From: Eledone cirrhosa
Lineage: Eukaryota
NCBI GenBank assembly: GCA_964016885.1
Contig: OZ024743.1
Span: forward strand, 290,780,001-290,844,000
Reading direction: 5' to 3'
DNA length: 64,000 bases
The notes beneath the pieces are model-generated. The model did not search any database, was not told the origin of the DNA, and saw only the letters and a list, made by a program, of their open reading frames with translations. The translations under genes were made by a program, and so were the position numbers. Below, piece by piece: positions 24,508 to 37,120 of the stretch. Within the stretch, counting starts at the first letter, position 1; each line of letters begins with the position of its first letter.

Positions 24508-26222
24508 ATATTATGAAATATAAATGCCTATAATTGTTTATTTACATAATATCCACGAAAAAAATATTGCTGTTCTATATTTATAAAAACAGTGTGAATT
24601 CCTCAAACTCTATGTGTAGATTTTAGACAGTAATATGTTTTGATAGAAAATATAATATATAGCTTCCTTGCATTATGTGCTTGTCTATGATGGTTAGTTG
24701 AATTTTCTGAACATACAGTTCCTGATTTCTATGTGTGAAGAATACATAGCTTTTACGTTAAGTCAACCGTATTGAATTGGTTGAAACTAGACAGAAATGC
24801 TATAAATTAAATTTGGATTCAGCAGGAAATAAAGGAAAACTCCTTTATTCCTTCGTTAAAGAATTTTTAAGAAAAACGTATTTTTATTCATTGTGTGATT
24901 ATGTCTTACATTTGTATATTCATCTGAATTGTTCTTATAACAACGCTAGAATGGATCAAATGCGGCATGTTAATTGAAATGCTGGATCTTCAAATTAAAA
25001 GTTCTATGAAATCATTTACTTGGAACAAATACACATTTAGGTTAATCGTAGTCGTTTTCTTCCAAAACAATTATCAACGTATTTACTCTCGTTCAAAATA
25101 ATAACGTTAATTTTCGTCTCTGTCTGTTGTCGTAAAACGTGCTGCTTTAGATTGAAGACGTTAAGAAGAATATTTTCTGCTTTATAATATACATGTTTGG
25201 AGAAAAATAAATGATGTACATTTTTTTAACTTGGAAATATTATTCCTTCTAGATATTCGACATATCAGCCGCATCATACGTGTCAATAACGTGTAGAAAT
25301 ACGGAAGATGTATATTTAGAAATCGATACATTAAAATCGTTATTTCTGCGTATCATATTACCTTGCCTCTGTCATTACACTGGATAAATTCCAACTATTA
25401 GCATCATTAGCAAATTGAAATCTTTGAAGAATTTCATACAATGATTCATTTTAGAGCTTCGTGCTAAAATCCATGCATTGTCCCAATAAAATTGTAATTA
25501 CAGTGAACAACGTTTCCAAAGCTAGTACAACACATGTCGATACTGCAATATTTTATGCCGTGTTAACAGTTCCAATCCCATTATATCTATTTGTGTCTTG
25601 GTATGTGTTAGAAAACAATGCAGTCACTGCCTTTCTCAAAGAAAGTCGTCCATGCTCTCAGCAAACACGACTGGAGATATCGAATGGGCGTTGACACATT
25701 GAATGAGAGGATCAACTGCATCCTGCCTTGTTGCTACATCCAGGCTTTGAAAACTGAAACTGGGCCTTTCGTGTCCACCACCGATATAGATTGTTTTAAC
25801 TATTGATTATTTGTTTCAATAGATTCCATGGCACTCAACTCACAGTAAAACATATTCAAACATGATTTTCATTGAGTTTGCAGTGAGTGACCGTACCTAA
25901 TTATTAATTGTGAAGCACATCTTGCTGATGACTTGTCTTACTCATCACTCTGCTGCTGGAATTTGCCAGGATCTATTTTAACTCCGGCGCAGCTGTAGTA
26001 GTCATAATTACATAAAAGATAACTAGCAATGATTGATATCGAACTTCATGGGCGAGCCGTCCTCTACACAGCAGCGTAGCTGGCATCATATATATTGACA
26101 TTAAAAGCCCGAATAGCATTACTGAAATAATGCCTCGAGTGATAATTTTATTTTTACCTCATGCTATCCGGAAGCTGAAATTTCAGCAATGATTTGCTGT
26201 CTAAAGCTATTGTAACAGGAAA

Positions 26223-26410
26223 ATAATTGTTTCTACCTTTGGCACAAGGCCAGCAATTACCCAGTACATTACTGGTACTTTATTTTATCGACCCCGCAAG
26301 GATGAAAGGCAAAGTCAACCTCGGCGGGATTTGAACTCAGATCGTAAAGGGACGTAACTATGCTGGAAAGCATGGCGTCCGACCCTCTACCGATACTGCC
26401 AATCCACAAT
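26223..26410 (-). mobile_element. tRNA-derived SINE, near full length
   Basis: Reverse match to 27776-27967; B-box GAGTTCAAATCCC. Confidence 0.9.
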
Positions 26411-26800
26411 AATGGTCTCTTAAATTGCTTGGCATGTGATGGCTTACCTATCAGTTGCTGTCATATACACACATAAGCATTCGCGACGTTTCTGCATGAC
26501 ACTAGCACATTTTGTTTATTCTGGGACCTTCCTTCATCATCTTGGTTGTTGTTCTTAAGAGCTCCCCGCACTAGCAACTTTGCCCTACTTTCACTCCGAA
26601 TTAAAGTATTGTTGACGACGTCAACCTGGAATTAGATATTTGGCATTTTTAAACCTGCGAAATATTTTTTTTTAAATTCTATTTCTCTGCATTTAATTGT
26701 GATTCCGATAATTTTTTTTATCAATGGTATTCATCGATCTTTCCCATTCTAATTCCGCACATCTAATTCACCTCTATAAGTTAACTATCATTATCTTCCT

Positions 26801-26955
26801 GGTGAATTGGCAGTATCGGTAGAGGGTCGGACGCCATGCTTTGCAGCACAGTTACGTCCCTTTACGGACTGAGTTCAAATCCGGCCGAGGTTAACTTTGC
26901 CTTTCATCCTTATATGGATAATTGCTGGCCTTGTGCCATAAGTAGAAACAATTAT
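26801..26955 (+). mobile_element. tRNA-derived SINE with internal deletion
   Basis: A-box-like TGGCAGTATCGG, B-box GAGTTCAAATCC, tail AGTAGAAACAATTAT. Confidence 0.88.
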
Positions 26956-27057
26956 CTACCTCCATATATTAAGCAATAATTTTCCAGAGATGTTGGCGTA
27001 AACATTACCTTGTAAGGTATTCCCACCGGTCCCTGGTAAGGGCGAGCAGTTGGGTTT

Positions 27058-27313
27058 TTACCAGTCGGGCTCCTTACCCTTAAATTTTACATCTGATGCG
27101 AGCAGTAATTAAGAACTTACCGTAGCCTAATTCTTGTTACATAATGTATTTAAGAATGGTGCCAGAGATGTGAAGGCCTATCTACTATTACCAGCTGGGC
27201 TCCTTACCGTCAAATTTTAGATCTGACCCGAACAGAAATTAAGAACTTACAATTGCCTAATTCTTGTTTTATACTGTATTCACCAAAAGCGTCTCGAATG
27301 TGAAGGCCTATCT
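27058..27313 (+). repeat. Diverged tandem duplication of a ~130-bp unit
   Basis: TTACCAG..GGGCTCCTTACC...ATGTGAAGGCCTATCT occurs twice. Confidence 0.8.
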
Positions 27314-27775
27314 CAGGTTTGGGGAATGTCAAGTGTCCAATGCACAAATAGCCTAGCAGTTTTTCCCTGTTAAACCACATGTGTTACCTAAAGAGGCCGC
27401 TGACTTCAGAAAGTTCCTTTTCTTTTTTCTCCTCTGTTACATTTATCTACCATAGGATTGACTGCGATGAAGCATGTTCCTCAGCTTTGGGCAAAGCCAT
27501 CTCCTCTTCTCCATTACGTTTTTCAAAGGCTAATTGAGGGTTTTCAGCTTCTAAATTAGCAGATGTATTTTACTGGCTGGATCGCTCTACATCTTCCGAT
27601 TCTTGGCTGCTTCACGGTTAATAATTGTTGGCATCAACTTTAACCACCTGTGGCCTTCGTATCAAAAGTTAAATATTAATATATGTCAAATTATAACATC
27701 TTATTTTGTAAGTTACTTTACACAATAATTATTTGTTCTACGGCGTCTGTTAACTTAGTGTTATCTTATATAAAG

Positions 27776-27967
27776 GGCGGTGAATTGGCAGTATCGGTAA
27801 AGGGTCGGACGCCTTGCTTAGCAGCATAGAGTTACGGCACTTTACGGTCTGAGTTCTAATCTCGACGTGGTTAACTTTGCCTTTCATCCTTACGGGGTCG
27901 ATAAAATAAAGTACCAGTAATACACTGGAATAATTGTTGGCCTTGTGTCAAAAGTAGAAACAGTTAT
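27776..27967 (+). mobile_element. Full-length tRNA-derived SINE (core GCCTTTCATCCTTACGGGGTCGATAAAATAAAGTACCAG)
   Basis: Pol III A/B-box-like motifs; about 10 related copies in the window. Confidence 0.9.
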
Positions 27968-28983
27968 CTTATATAATAAAAAGAGATTTATAATATCTAA
28001 AGAAGAAAATATAAACCACCAATAAGAATGATGAAATATTAGTTAACTTAAACACATACATTTCAGTAGAAAGTCAGGATATATTTCGGTCCCATCCTAG
28101 TGTCATCATGTTTGTGTAAACTTTTAAGTATTGTGAATGCAATTAAAATGCTAACTAAAATTAAACAGTGAAATTAAACATATTAAACAAATATTAAACT
28201 AATGCTATTTTAATTATTTAGAAGAAGGACGTGGTAATAATGCCGCCATGATTCGATATACCTTAATTGATAAAATACAGTATTCACAGTACCTCTCTAA
28301 GTCGTGATGTATTATAGTAATTAGTGTTAAAAGAATATTTCATTTTGATGTGACTGATGCGTATCGAACTATCAGTATCACAAATATTGTACCAACAACA
28401 TATAATTCTGATTAATATTTGAATAGAATCCAAGAGAGTTTGGCTTTAGTTTTAATTATTTATTTGTTGAGGATTTATTCATCTTTAATATACAACTTTC
28501 AAAATTTAATATCAGAGAAATAAATATATAAATCTGCGAGGTAATAACATTTAGAATTCAACCTAATCTTTTAGGACTCAGTTTCTTCTCAGAAAAGTGA
28601 CTAAATTCCGCTTCAATAATAATTATATTTATAATTTTGAATGTCTACAAATATTCAGTCATAATCAATCAATCACGCTTGTGGTTTTGTGTGTGTGTAA
28701 GTGTGTGTTCGAAAGTAGATGAGTGAGTTAACGTATAACATATATGAGATATAGACATATAATGTAGTTTTACGCACTATGTTTCTTTGCAGATAACTGA
28801 ATTTCATATTTTGTTTATGTTCTATTTGTATGCGCATGTACGTGTTCGACTGTTTGAATTCGATGTATCAATAGAGAGGTAAATAGGTTTAGGTGTGCTT
28901 TAAGTTGTATGTGTTTATGTGTATACGTGCCTATGGACAAAACTAGCATATGACGTTTGAACTCATTTTATAGTCTATTATAT

Positions 28984-29016
<33 letters not shown>

Positions 29017-29180
29017 GAAAGATTTGAATGGATACAGTTTAGTTGAAAGGAATTTATTGACACGTGTTTCTATAATATTTATATTACAACACAACGGAAA
29101 ATACTGTATATATATATATATATACACCAACACACACACACATAATATATATATATATATACACACCAACACACACACAC

Positions 29181-29238
<58 letters not shown>

Positions 29239-29290
29239 TATATAAATATATATGTACATAAATACATATTTATATATGTATATCTATGTT

Positions 29291-29324
<34 letters not shown>

Positions 29325-31302
29325 AATGTATGTGGTTGGGTGTGTATCTGTGCGTGTGTCCGTGTGTTAGATGTGTCATTGTTTGTGAACTGCAATAGAG
29401 CTGTGTATATTGCATATACAGTCACGTATGTTTATTTATCTGTATTTTGAATCTACGTTAATTAGTTTTATTCAATAACTTTCGTGTCCTGCTGCTATTT
29501 AAACAGTATTTTTCTAAAGTTTCGTTAAGTCAATTGTAAATCTTCAAATTTAGTTTCCTCATATTTTCTCTGTATTTTCAATTTCGTTTTGAATATTTAT
29601 CGCAAATGAATTAACATTTCTCCATAACTAATATTACTAATCGGAACAATGAAATTTAATTTTGGCATCATGCTATTATTGATGGTTCCGGACAAAGTGT
29701 CATTTTTAGCTCATGGTTGCGCTTTATTCGTCTGTGCTACATTTTACGTGGGCGGCTGTTCAGTTAAAGAATGTGGATATGATATCGATTTTCAGTTTCA
29801 GAATGTTCGGTATCCAAAAACCGATAATCGTGGCTGAGTTGTTATGAATATCCTAGTTCCCGTGTATCCAGCATCTTGGACAAATATATTTCCTTATATC
29901 AACGTGGCGACACAAGCCATGTGAATAAAATTCGCAATATGGAAACTGTAAAATTCTGTCAGGCTCGTACTTGTAAGTTAAATGTTCGGATTTGATGAAT
30001 AATAAATCATGCTGGTTCTGATCGGGAATTCCGGTAATAACGCAAATATACTCATATATAAGTTTATATATACGTTATTCAGATGAATATCTAATATATA
30101 AAAACCCAACTACCGAATACTTAACGTTGAAAGCAATGTATAAATCATTATCTTCTAATATGACAAACATTTGTAATCATAGCACTGTGATACATTTTAG
30201 ACTTGAGTATTCAGTAGTGAAATTTAAAAAACTGATTCAGCCAAAATGCATATATGTGTAGTTCAGTATGTAAATAAAATACTGCTGTTTGTCAAGTATA
30301 CCTAAGCGTGTCTTGGGGCAAGTAGCCGAGTGTATGAACTATTGAATTAATACATTTGCGTGACGTGGACACAATATCTTGAGCAGTTATTGAGTTCGCT
30401 GAATTATCGTCTCACGTCGGACTCCATAGTGTGATACCTTGAATAAATGTAATTTACCATGGCTTTCGTCAACTCAAGTCCTCTGAGATAAACTGGGTAG
30501 ATGGTAACTTCTTGGAAGCGCCTCAAATATATTCTGTCTGTAATTCAGTAGTGTAGACGTGTCACGTATTGAAACAGGCCCTATCAGTTAGGGATAGATG
30601 TATCTGTAGAATTATCAACCATTTGCATGAATTACAGTATTTGTTGATCGAACTACTGGGGCATTAATCGTCGAAATCGACGGATGTCCATTCCCGTCTA
30701 TATTTTTGAAATTTGTTGGCTAAATATTTATTATATACTCATTAAAACCTGTGGTTCATACACATCAAATAAAGCAATATATATGATGGAATGGATATAT
30801 GTCCGAGAGGTGGTGGTTATTGTGATTGAAAATCCATTTTTTCCATTTCTATCTTCAAACTTTCTTGCTTCGTTGCACATTAATTTTCATCTATCAAACG
30901 ATGTTTCCTTTGTATTCTGTAAAATTTGAGTGTGTGAACTGTACCACAATTATACTTGCTTTCCATTTACAAGAAAAACACACTTTGCTTTAGAAGATGC
31001 AATGCTATAAAAAGAGTGGAAATATTCTAATCGGTAATGTGCAAAATGATCGAGTCTTATTGTAATTCTGTTTTCAGAATTAAAGCGTTAACTGACTTTG
31101 CTGCTCCTATAATATACCAATGTCGTGCACGTTGATACATAAAGTTCTTTCAGAAAACACAATCATTTACTTTTATTGACAAGCAGGCTACCTTAGTAAA
31201 GTCATGTGCCTATATATATATATATATATATAAGTATGTATACGTATATTTAAGTAACAGCCGTACTAAGAGTGAGAAATGAAATTTCGTTTTATTTTTC
31301 TC

Positions 31303-31347
<45 letters not shown>

Positions 31348-32449
31348 CCTCCTCCTTAATAGGAATAAATTACCAGCCATATAGCAAAATCTTTCTCGAC
31401 ATTAATAGCTGGCTTGTCCAATTTACCGTTTATTTCCAGACTGTCTAACCAGGTACATTTTAGACGTAATAAAGTGGTCTCATTTTATTATTTCAATGTT
31501 TATTTTTAAAATCTATACTTTTGGTTTGCTTTTTACAAAAGGTGAATTGTAATATTGGGAACCCTATCCCACAGAAATAATTATTGTATTACTCTGATAT
31601 ATTATCTATAATTATTATTCATCATAGTAAGAAAGTGAACTATTGCATACCATTTCAGGAACGCCCACGTCAGGTTTCTTTCGATATACCTTGTGTATTA
31701 AACAATATTAGATTTCCATTGAGTTGATCACGCTGCTACAAAAACCAATAATTAAAGCTACTACGTGTTGCCTCGCTATGTTGTAAATAGAGACCATATT
31801 TCTTTCACCGCATAGCTTACCACATAAGCTGATGTAGTCTTAGATACATTGCTGACAAAATGAATGATGAGATGATCAAATCTCACAGGTCTTTGATTAT
31901 AGGTCTGCACGACCAGTATTGACCTTACGATAAGCAATAACAACAAGTTTGGTTTTGTTAAAACAGTAAATAAATATTCCTATGCACATAATATTTCAAA
32001 CATACTTATTTCTATGGCAATACATTTATAAAATCAACTCTCTAATCGGAGTAAGCAATGTACATATATTTGCTCATAGAGCCTTTTATTAAGGAAAATA
32101 ATACGCAAGCTCTGAGAGGTGTTAGAAAAACCCATTGGGATATTTTTATCCACTTCCAACACTAAAGAAGACAAACATAATTTAGAGATTACCTGTTTCC
32201 ATTACAGATTATCTACAGAAATACAGTTAGTTCAAACAGCATATTTTAATGGCATACTCAACACTTATCTAAGTATTTCTCTTGACATATAGACATGTTC
32301 GAATACAAATGCAAATCCGAAATGTCATGAATATTAAACGGATGTATCTGATGTTTTCTATATTTATGCCCCTCTCTGAAATATTCTCATTTACTATGTC
32401 AGAACATACGGAAACGATTATTAACAGCGGCAGTCTTTTGAACTGGCAA

Positions 32450-32850
32450 CTTTATGTTATGCGCAAGAAATAAAGTCTACTGGGACATACCTTACGATGA
32501 CCTCTTAAACCACATCATTAGCACATTCTGATCCTTCAATATGAAATGAAAACGAAAGAAACACGCTTGAGAAAGTTTCTCATTAAAACCATTTCAGAAT
32601 TTGTAATCTGTGGCATTGAGCTAAATTCTTGACGGAAGATAATATGGATGCGATATCTTGTATATATCGACCAACATTACTCCAACCCACCTTTGTATCA
32701 ACGATTTACCGCACGCCCAACGCCAACAATCAAAGGTACACAAAGCTTTCTTATTTATCATAGATACATTAATAACCATATCTCGTTCACACAAAGCTTG
32801 CTGCTTTTGAAGCAAAAGCCGATTGTATATTATTCATGGAATCCTTTTAA
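32450..32850 (-). pseudogene. Possible highly decayed Tc1/mariner transposase fragment
   Basis: WVGV..(G)PYYLP.R.LN...Y resembles the Tc1/mariner VWAGI..GPY..LN motif; weak. Confidence 0.25.
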
Positions 32851-33959
32851 ATCCGTTTCGCATTCTCTACGTAATTCACTCCGAAAGCGTTCCTTTGATA
32901 GAATAGATATTGATCCTGTTTTCAATTTTGTACGATTAATACAATCGTATTGAACTATAGGAAGACTATATTTAATACACTTATTCATGTTAGAGAGAAA
33001 AAAAGGAGATAAAATATAACAGAACTATCAGTGCCTTTGCATTGAACAATAACCATTAAAACAAAACTAAATACGGAAACAAGGACGTAAAATGTGATAT
33101 TTGAGTAGTTTCCTATTGTCAGTTTCTATTTTTAATCCTTCTAAATACATTCATTCCAAAACTAGGGAAAGCTGTTTTTCAATTTCCTTACATTTAACCG
33201 GTAAGAGAATAAAAACAAAATATTTTCACTGGAATTTTCACGTTACTCCTAAGGGGAATATACATTTAGATAAAAACAGTCACAATAAATATGATGGTAG
33301 ATAATATTTTGAATATATTATTTTTCCGTCCAAAAAAATGTAAACGGTACACTCCAATTTGAAAGGGACATATGCTCCATGCTAATGAACACTAGTGATA
33401 TTACAGTTGCCCCAAACATTGAATCACCAAGAAATTCCTGCAACATAATATTTGAAGCTTTTTAATTTATATATTTATCGAAGCTCTGAAATATAAATTG
33501 AATTTCTATGAAGAATCATAATAATTCCTTCCATCTCAAAACGATACACATATACACAAAATCATACCTATTATTTATATAAACATATACATGTGTTTAT
33601 GTGTGAGAGAGTGAGAGGGATGATTATTTTCTTACAGTCCTGTGAATGCAATTAGGCGACGAACGTACTCAAATAGAAGAGATAGAAGGCTGAAAATGAA
33701 TGACCAAAGAAACATAAAAGGCAAGGCCTGACAGCAGAGCGAAAGATGCTGAGAAAAAGAATTACAAATAGAAAATAAAAAAAATCCTGTATCTGCTTGA
33801 GTCCATGTACCTGTTTGTATTTACATATAAGCGGATACACATGAATGAAGATCTAATCATATTTTATATAAGAATCTCCACATCTTATATTGTATTCATA
33901 TTTTTACTGCAGATCAAAGTTCTGGATAGTTCTGGATAGTTTACAAGCGCATCACAGTT

Positions 33960-34101
33960 TTCGTTCTGAACTCAAATCCAACTGAGGTCACCTTTGCCTT
34001 TCATTCTAGTTTGATAAAATAAAGTACCAATAAAATATCATGGTCGATATAATGGAATTCCTCCACCTACAAATTATTTGAGAATATGCTAGAAACAATT
34101 A
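33960..34101 (+). mobile_element. Degenerate SINE
   Basis: CTCAAATCC..GAGGTCACCTTTGCCTTTCAT..GATAAAATAAAGTACC..TAGAAACAATTATT. Confidence 0.65.
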
Positions 34102-34464
34102 TTGCGGCAGACGATTATGTAAAGAATTATTGTTGTTGACTGCTTCGGCACATTCTATTTCAAACATCTCCATGTTAACGAATACATTGTAGATGGCATT
34201 TGGTAGACGGAAATTGCATAGATGCATAGATATATATTGGACATGAGGGCATGATTACAGTGTTTTAACTGAACAAAGAAAATAATATACGCACATGAGT
34301 TACATTCTGTAATAGGAAATCTGAATTATACATGCAACCGCTTGACCAGTCTGTTGATATTATTTGGAATCCAATATCAGACATATTTGTAAATATATCT
34401 GACTTTCAAATCATAATGGCTTTGTAAATAAACCACTGTCCGGGATTTAGTGTCTAAACCTACT

Positions 34465-34652
34465 TCCGTGAGGTGGCTGAAATGTTCATAGGCTGACCAA
34501 GATACACTCATTGGGTTTTTGTTCAAAATATTCCCTGCAACAATTCGATGCATTTATCGATAGGAATATTTTAAAGTAATGCAGGCAAGATTTCACGTTT
34601 CTTTCATGACTCCTTAATAGTCAGCCTGTGAACCTTTCGGCCGACCATCGTA
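34465..34652. mobile_element. Mariner-type MITE, ~190 bp
   Basis: Imperfect ~32-bp TIRs: CGTGAGGTGGCTGAAATGTTCATAGGCTGAC / GTCAGCCTGTGAACCTTTCGGCCGACCATCG-TA. Confidence 0.7.
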
Positions 34653-35440
34653 CTATAACAAATTGAATTATCGCTCTCAGATACAGAACGCTAGACATTT
34701 GCAATACATAATTTATACAGAAATGTACTCACAAACATTGAGATGAGATGTAATTGGTTTGCCATTTGTGAATCCAATTACAATTGCCTCTCAAAATATT
34801 ATATATATATATATTGTGTAATATGGAATTTGTGAAATATGGAATTATTTTGTATTATGAAATCAAAAAATATTTGATTAAATAACAGAATAGAGCGATC
34901 GTTATACTGTAACCATCGCTTGAAATCTACATTTTCATATTACAAACATTACCAGGATTGAACGCCTGTCTCCATCTCTATTTGATTGTCAAAATGCATA
35001 TTAACACTCTCTATTAGTCTTAATTCTATCAACTCTTCTATTCTTTACCATTTAATATAAACTGCTATAGATAAAATGAGATTTCTTAATTCAATTCCTT
35101 AATGCATATACCAGCAGGCTACCAGCATTGTTGTTATTCAGTACGGTGAAAATCTACCTCTTCCTTAATTGACACTTTATATCTATTAATACTACTACAC
35201 CAAACGACCAGCCCTGTCCATTGTTCAATTGGTCAAGTATAGATTAAAATAGGCACTCCCAAAAATTCTTATTTAGATAAAATAAATCATATACTCATTG
35301 TATTCTCATTAGAAAACTTTTATATACCTGTTTACCAGTAAATTGAATTGCCATCTGTCATATACTATCCCCTCTCTTCTTCCTTTCTTACAACTAATAT
35401 AAATACTTCAATTTTACTGATTTTTTCCAATTCATCCAAT

Positions 35441-35557
35441 ATATCTGAAGAAGTGACAACTGATTATACATTTGCTATCGAATACTTGCTAACATTATAT
35501 GATTACGCAAGCAGCGATACATAGGTATTCCGTCTGTTACAGAAACATATGTCAATA
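35441..35557 (+). ncRNA. Type I hammerhead ribozyme motif, weak stem I
   Basis: CTGAAGA 35445; stem II GTGACA/TGTTAC; GAAA-CATATG(palindrome)-TC; AATAAA just downstream. Confidence 0.55.
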
Positions 35558-35603
35558 CCTAATAAATTCCTTTGTAAAAGCACTTTCATTTTATATTCAT
35601 CTT

Positions 35604-35645
<42 letters not shown>

Positions 35646-35667
35646 ATATATATATATATATATTGTA

Positions 35668-35710
<43 letters not shown>

Positions 35711-35766
35711 CAAATAGTGAAAACAATGAAATTAAACAAAATACGGGTAATTCTTAGTAAAACTCC

Positions 35767-35899
35767 TTATTTTACGATCGTTTCTGGGGGGTAGTTCCCC
35801 GTATGTTCATTCTATTAGTAATCTATGTCAAATATATTACAAATTATCAAAGTAACAAAATATGCATACGTCTTCCCTACCCGCCGTCTTCAGAAATAA
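35767..35899 (-). ncRNA. Type I hammerhead ribozyme with expanded stem II
   Basis: On minus strand: TTATTT-CTGAAGA-CGGCGGGTAG...CTACCCCCCA-GAAA-CGATCG-TA-AAATAA. Confidence 0.82.
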
Positions 35900-36194
35900 T
35901 TAGTTTTGTTTATTGAAGAATATAAACACATGTATGAATAATTAACCTTTTAAGAACAAGGTTGAGATTGACCAATAGTAAAAATAGGAAGGGCCAAATA
36001 GATAATTAAGCTGTTAGTAGTAGATGAATAAATTAGCAGTCAAGGGATGAGGTATCGAATGACCTTTAAGAAAAGAAAAGAAAGTTGCGAGTGTAAAGTA
36101 ATTTAGACAGATTGTATAGAAAGGCGTGGACAGTCAAGGAAGATTAAATTTGGAGGAAAAGAGGTGCAGATATCAGTGTATTATGGCTCTTGCC

Positions 36195-36314
36195 ATTCTG
36201 AGTTCAAATCCCGCCGAGGTTAACTTTGCCTTTCATCCTTACGGGGTCGATAACATAAAGTACCAGTAATACACTGGGTAATTGCTGGCCTTGTGCCTAA
36301 CGTAGAAACAATTA
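36195..36314 (+). mobile_element. 5'-truncated SINE
   Basis: GAGTTCAAATCCCGCCGAGG...GTAGAAACAATTAT. Confidence 0.88.
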
Positions 36315-36859
36315 TATCTAGTAGAATAGTATAGAACAATCCTAAATATTTGTTATTTCTTTGTTCAAAAGGAATAATTACTTCTAAAAATAGAACAAGT
36401 AGAGGAATGTAGATGGAACCAAAGAAAAGTAAAATTTAGAGAAAAAAATATATAGGTAAGAAAATAATAAAATTTGTGTAAGTATTGTATTGCGTTAGAG
36501 TGGTCAGAATGAAGTTTTACCTGTAGGGAATGTTATATATATATTTGTTTGCTATTAGAATTAATCCATAGATTCAATCCTATATCTCATCCCTATAACT
36601 GTTTTAAATAATTAACTATTAATGAGCACTATATATTACATTATATTCAACACTCTACATGCATTTAAACCTATTAAGAAAACTAGATTATTAATGAGAT
36701 TTCTTATTTGAAAATAAAATTCCGTAGAGGTAAAACTTCATTCTGACCACTCTAACAATACAATACTTACACAATTTTTTTTTCCTTACCTATATATTTT
36801 TTTTATCTAACTTTTACTTTTCTTTGGTTCCATCTAATGTTTTATATTCTTCAATAAAC

Positions 36860-37008
36860 AAAACTCATTATTTCTGAAGAGCGCGGGTAGGGAAGACGTA
36901 TGTATATTTTCTTACTTTGATAATTTGTAATATATTTTACATAGATTACTAATAGAATGAACATACGGTGAAATACCCCCCAGAAACGATCGTAAAATAA
37001 TGAGTTTT
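36860..37008 (+). ncRNA. Type I hammerhead ribozyme with expanded stem II
   Basis: 14-bp stem I AAAACTCATTATTT/AAATAATGAGTTTT; CTGAAGA 36874; GAAA 36983; palindromic stem III CGATCG; GUA cleavage triplet. Confidence 0.85.
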
Positions 37009-37056
37009 ATTATGAATTACCCGTATTTTGTTTAATTTCATTGTTTTCACTATCTG

Positions 37057-37120
<64 letters not shown>

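Larger units (their letters stand above)
35705..37062. mobile_element. Fold-back element, probably Penelope pLTR-derived, inserted in (TA)n
   Basis: 35705-35925 inverted to 36838-37062; 36410-36530 inverted to 36718-36836; hammerhead in each outer arm. Confidence 0.8.

Noticed and set aside
25900-27620. Ancient LINE remnants (LADD-like at ~25920, KY.DD at ~26605, AAKNR..W-like at ~27600 minus)
   Set aside because: Too degenerate to support without a profile search.
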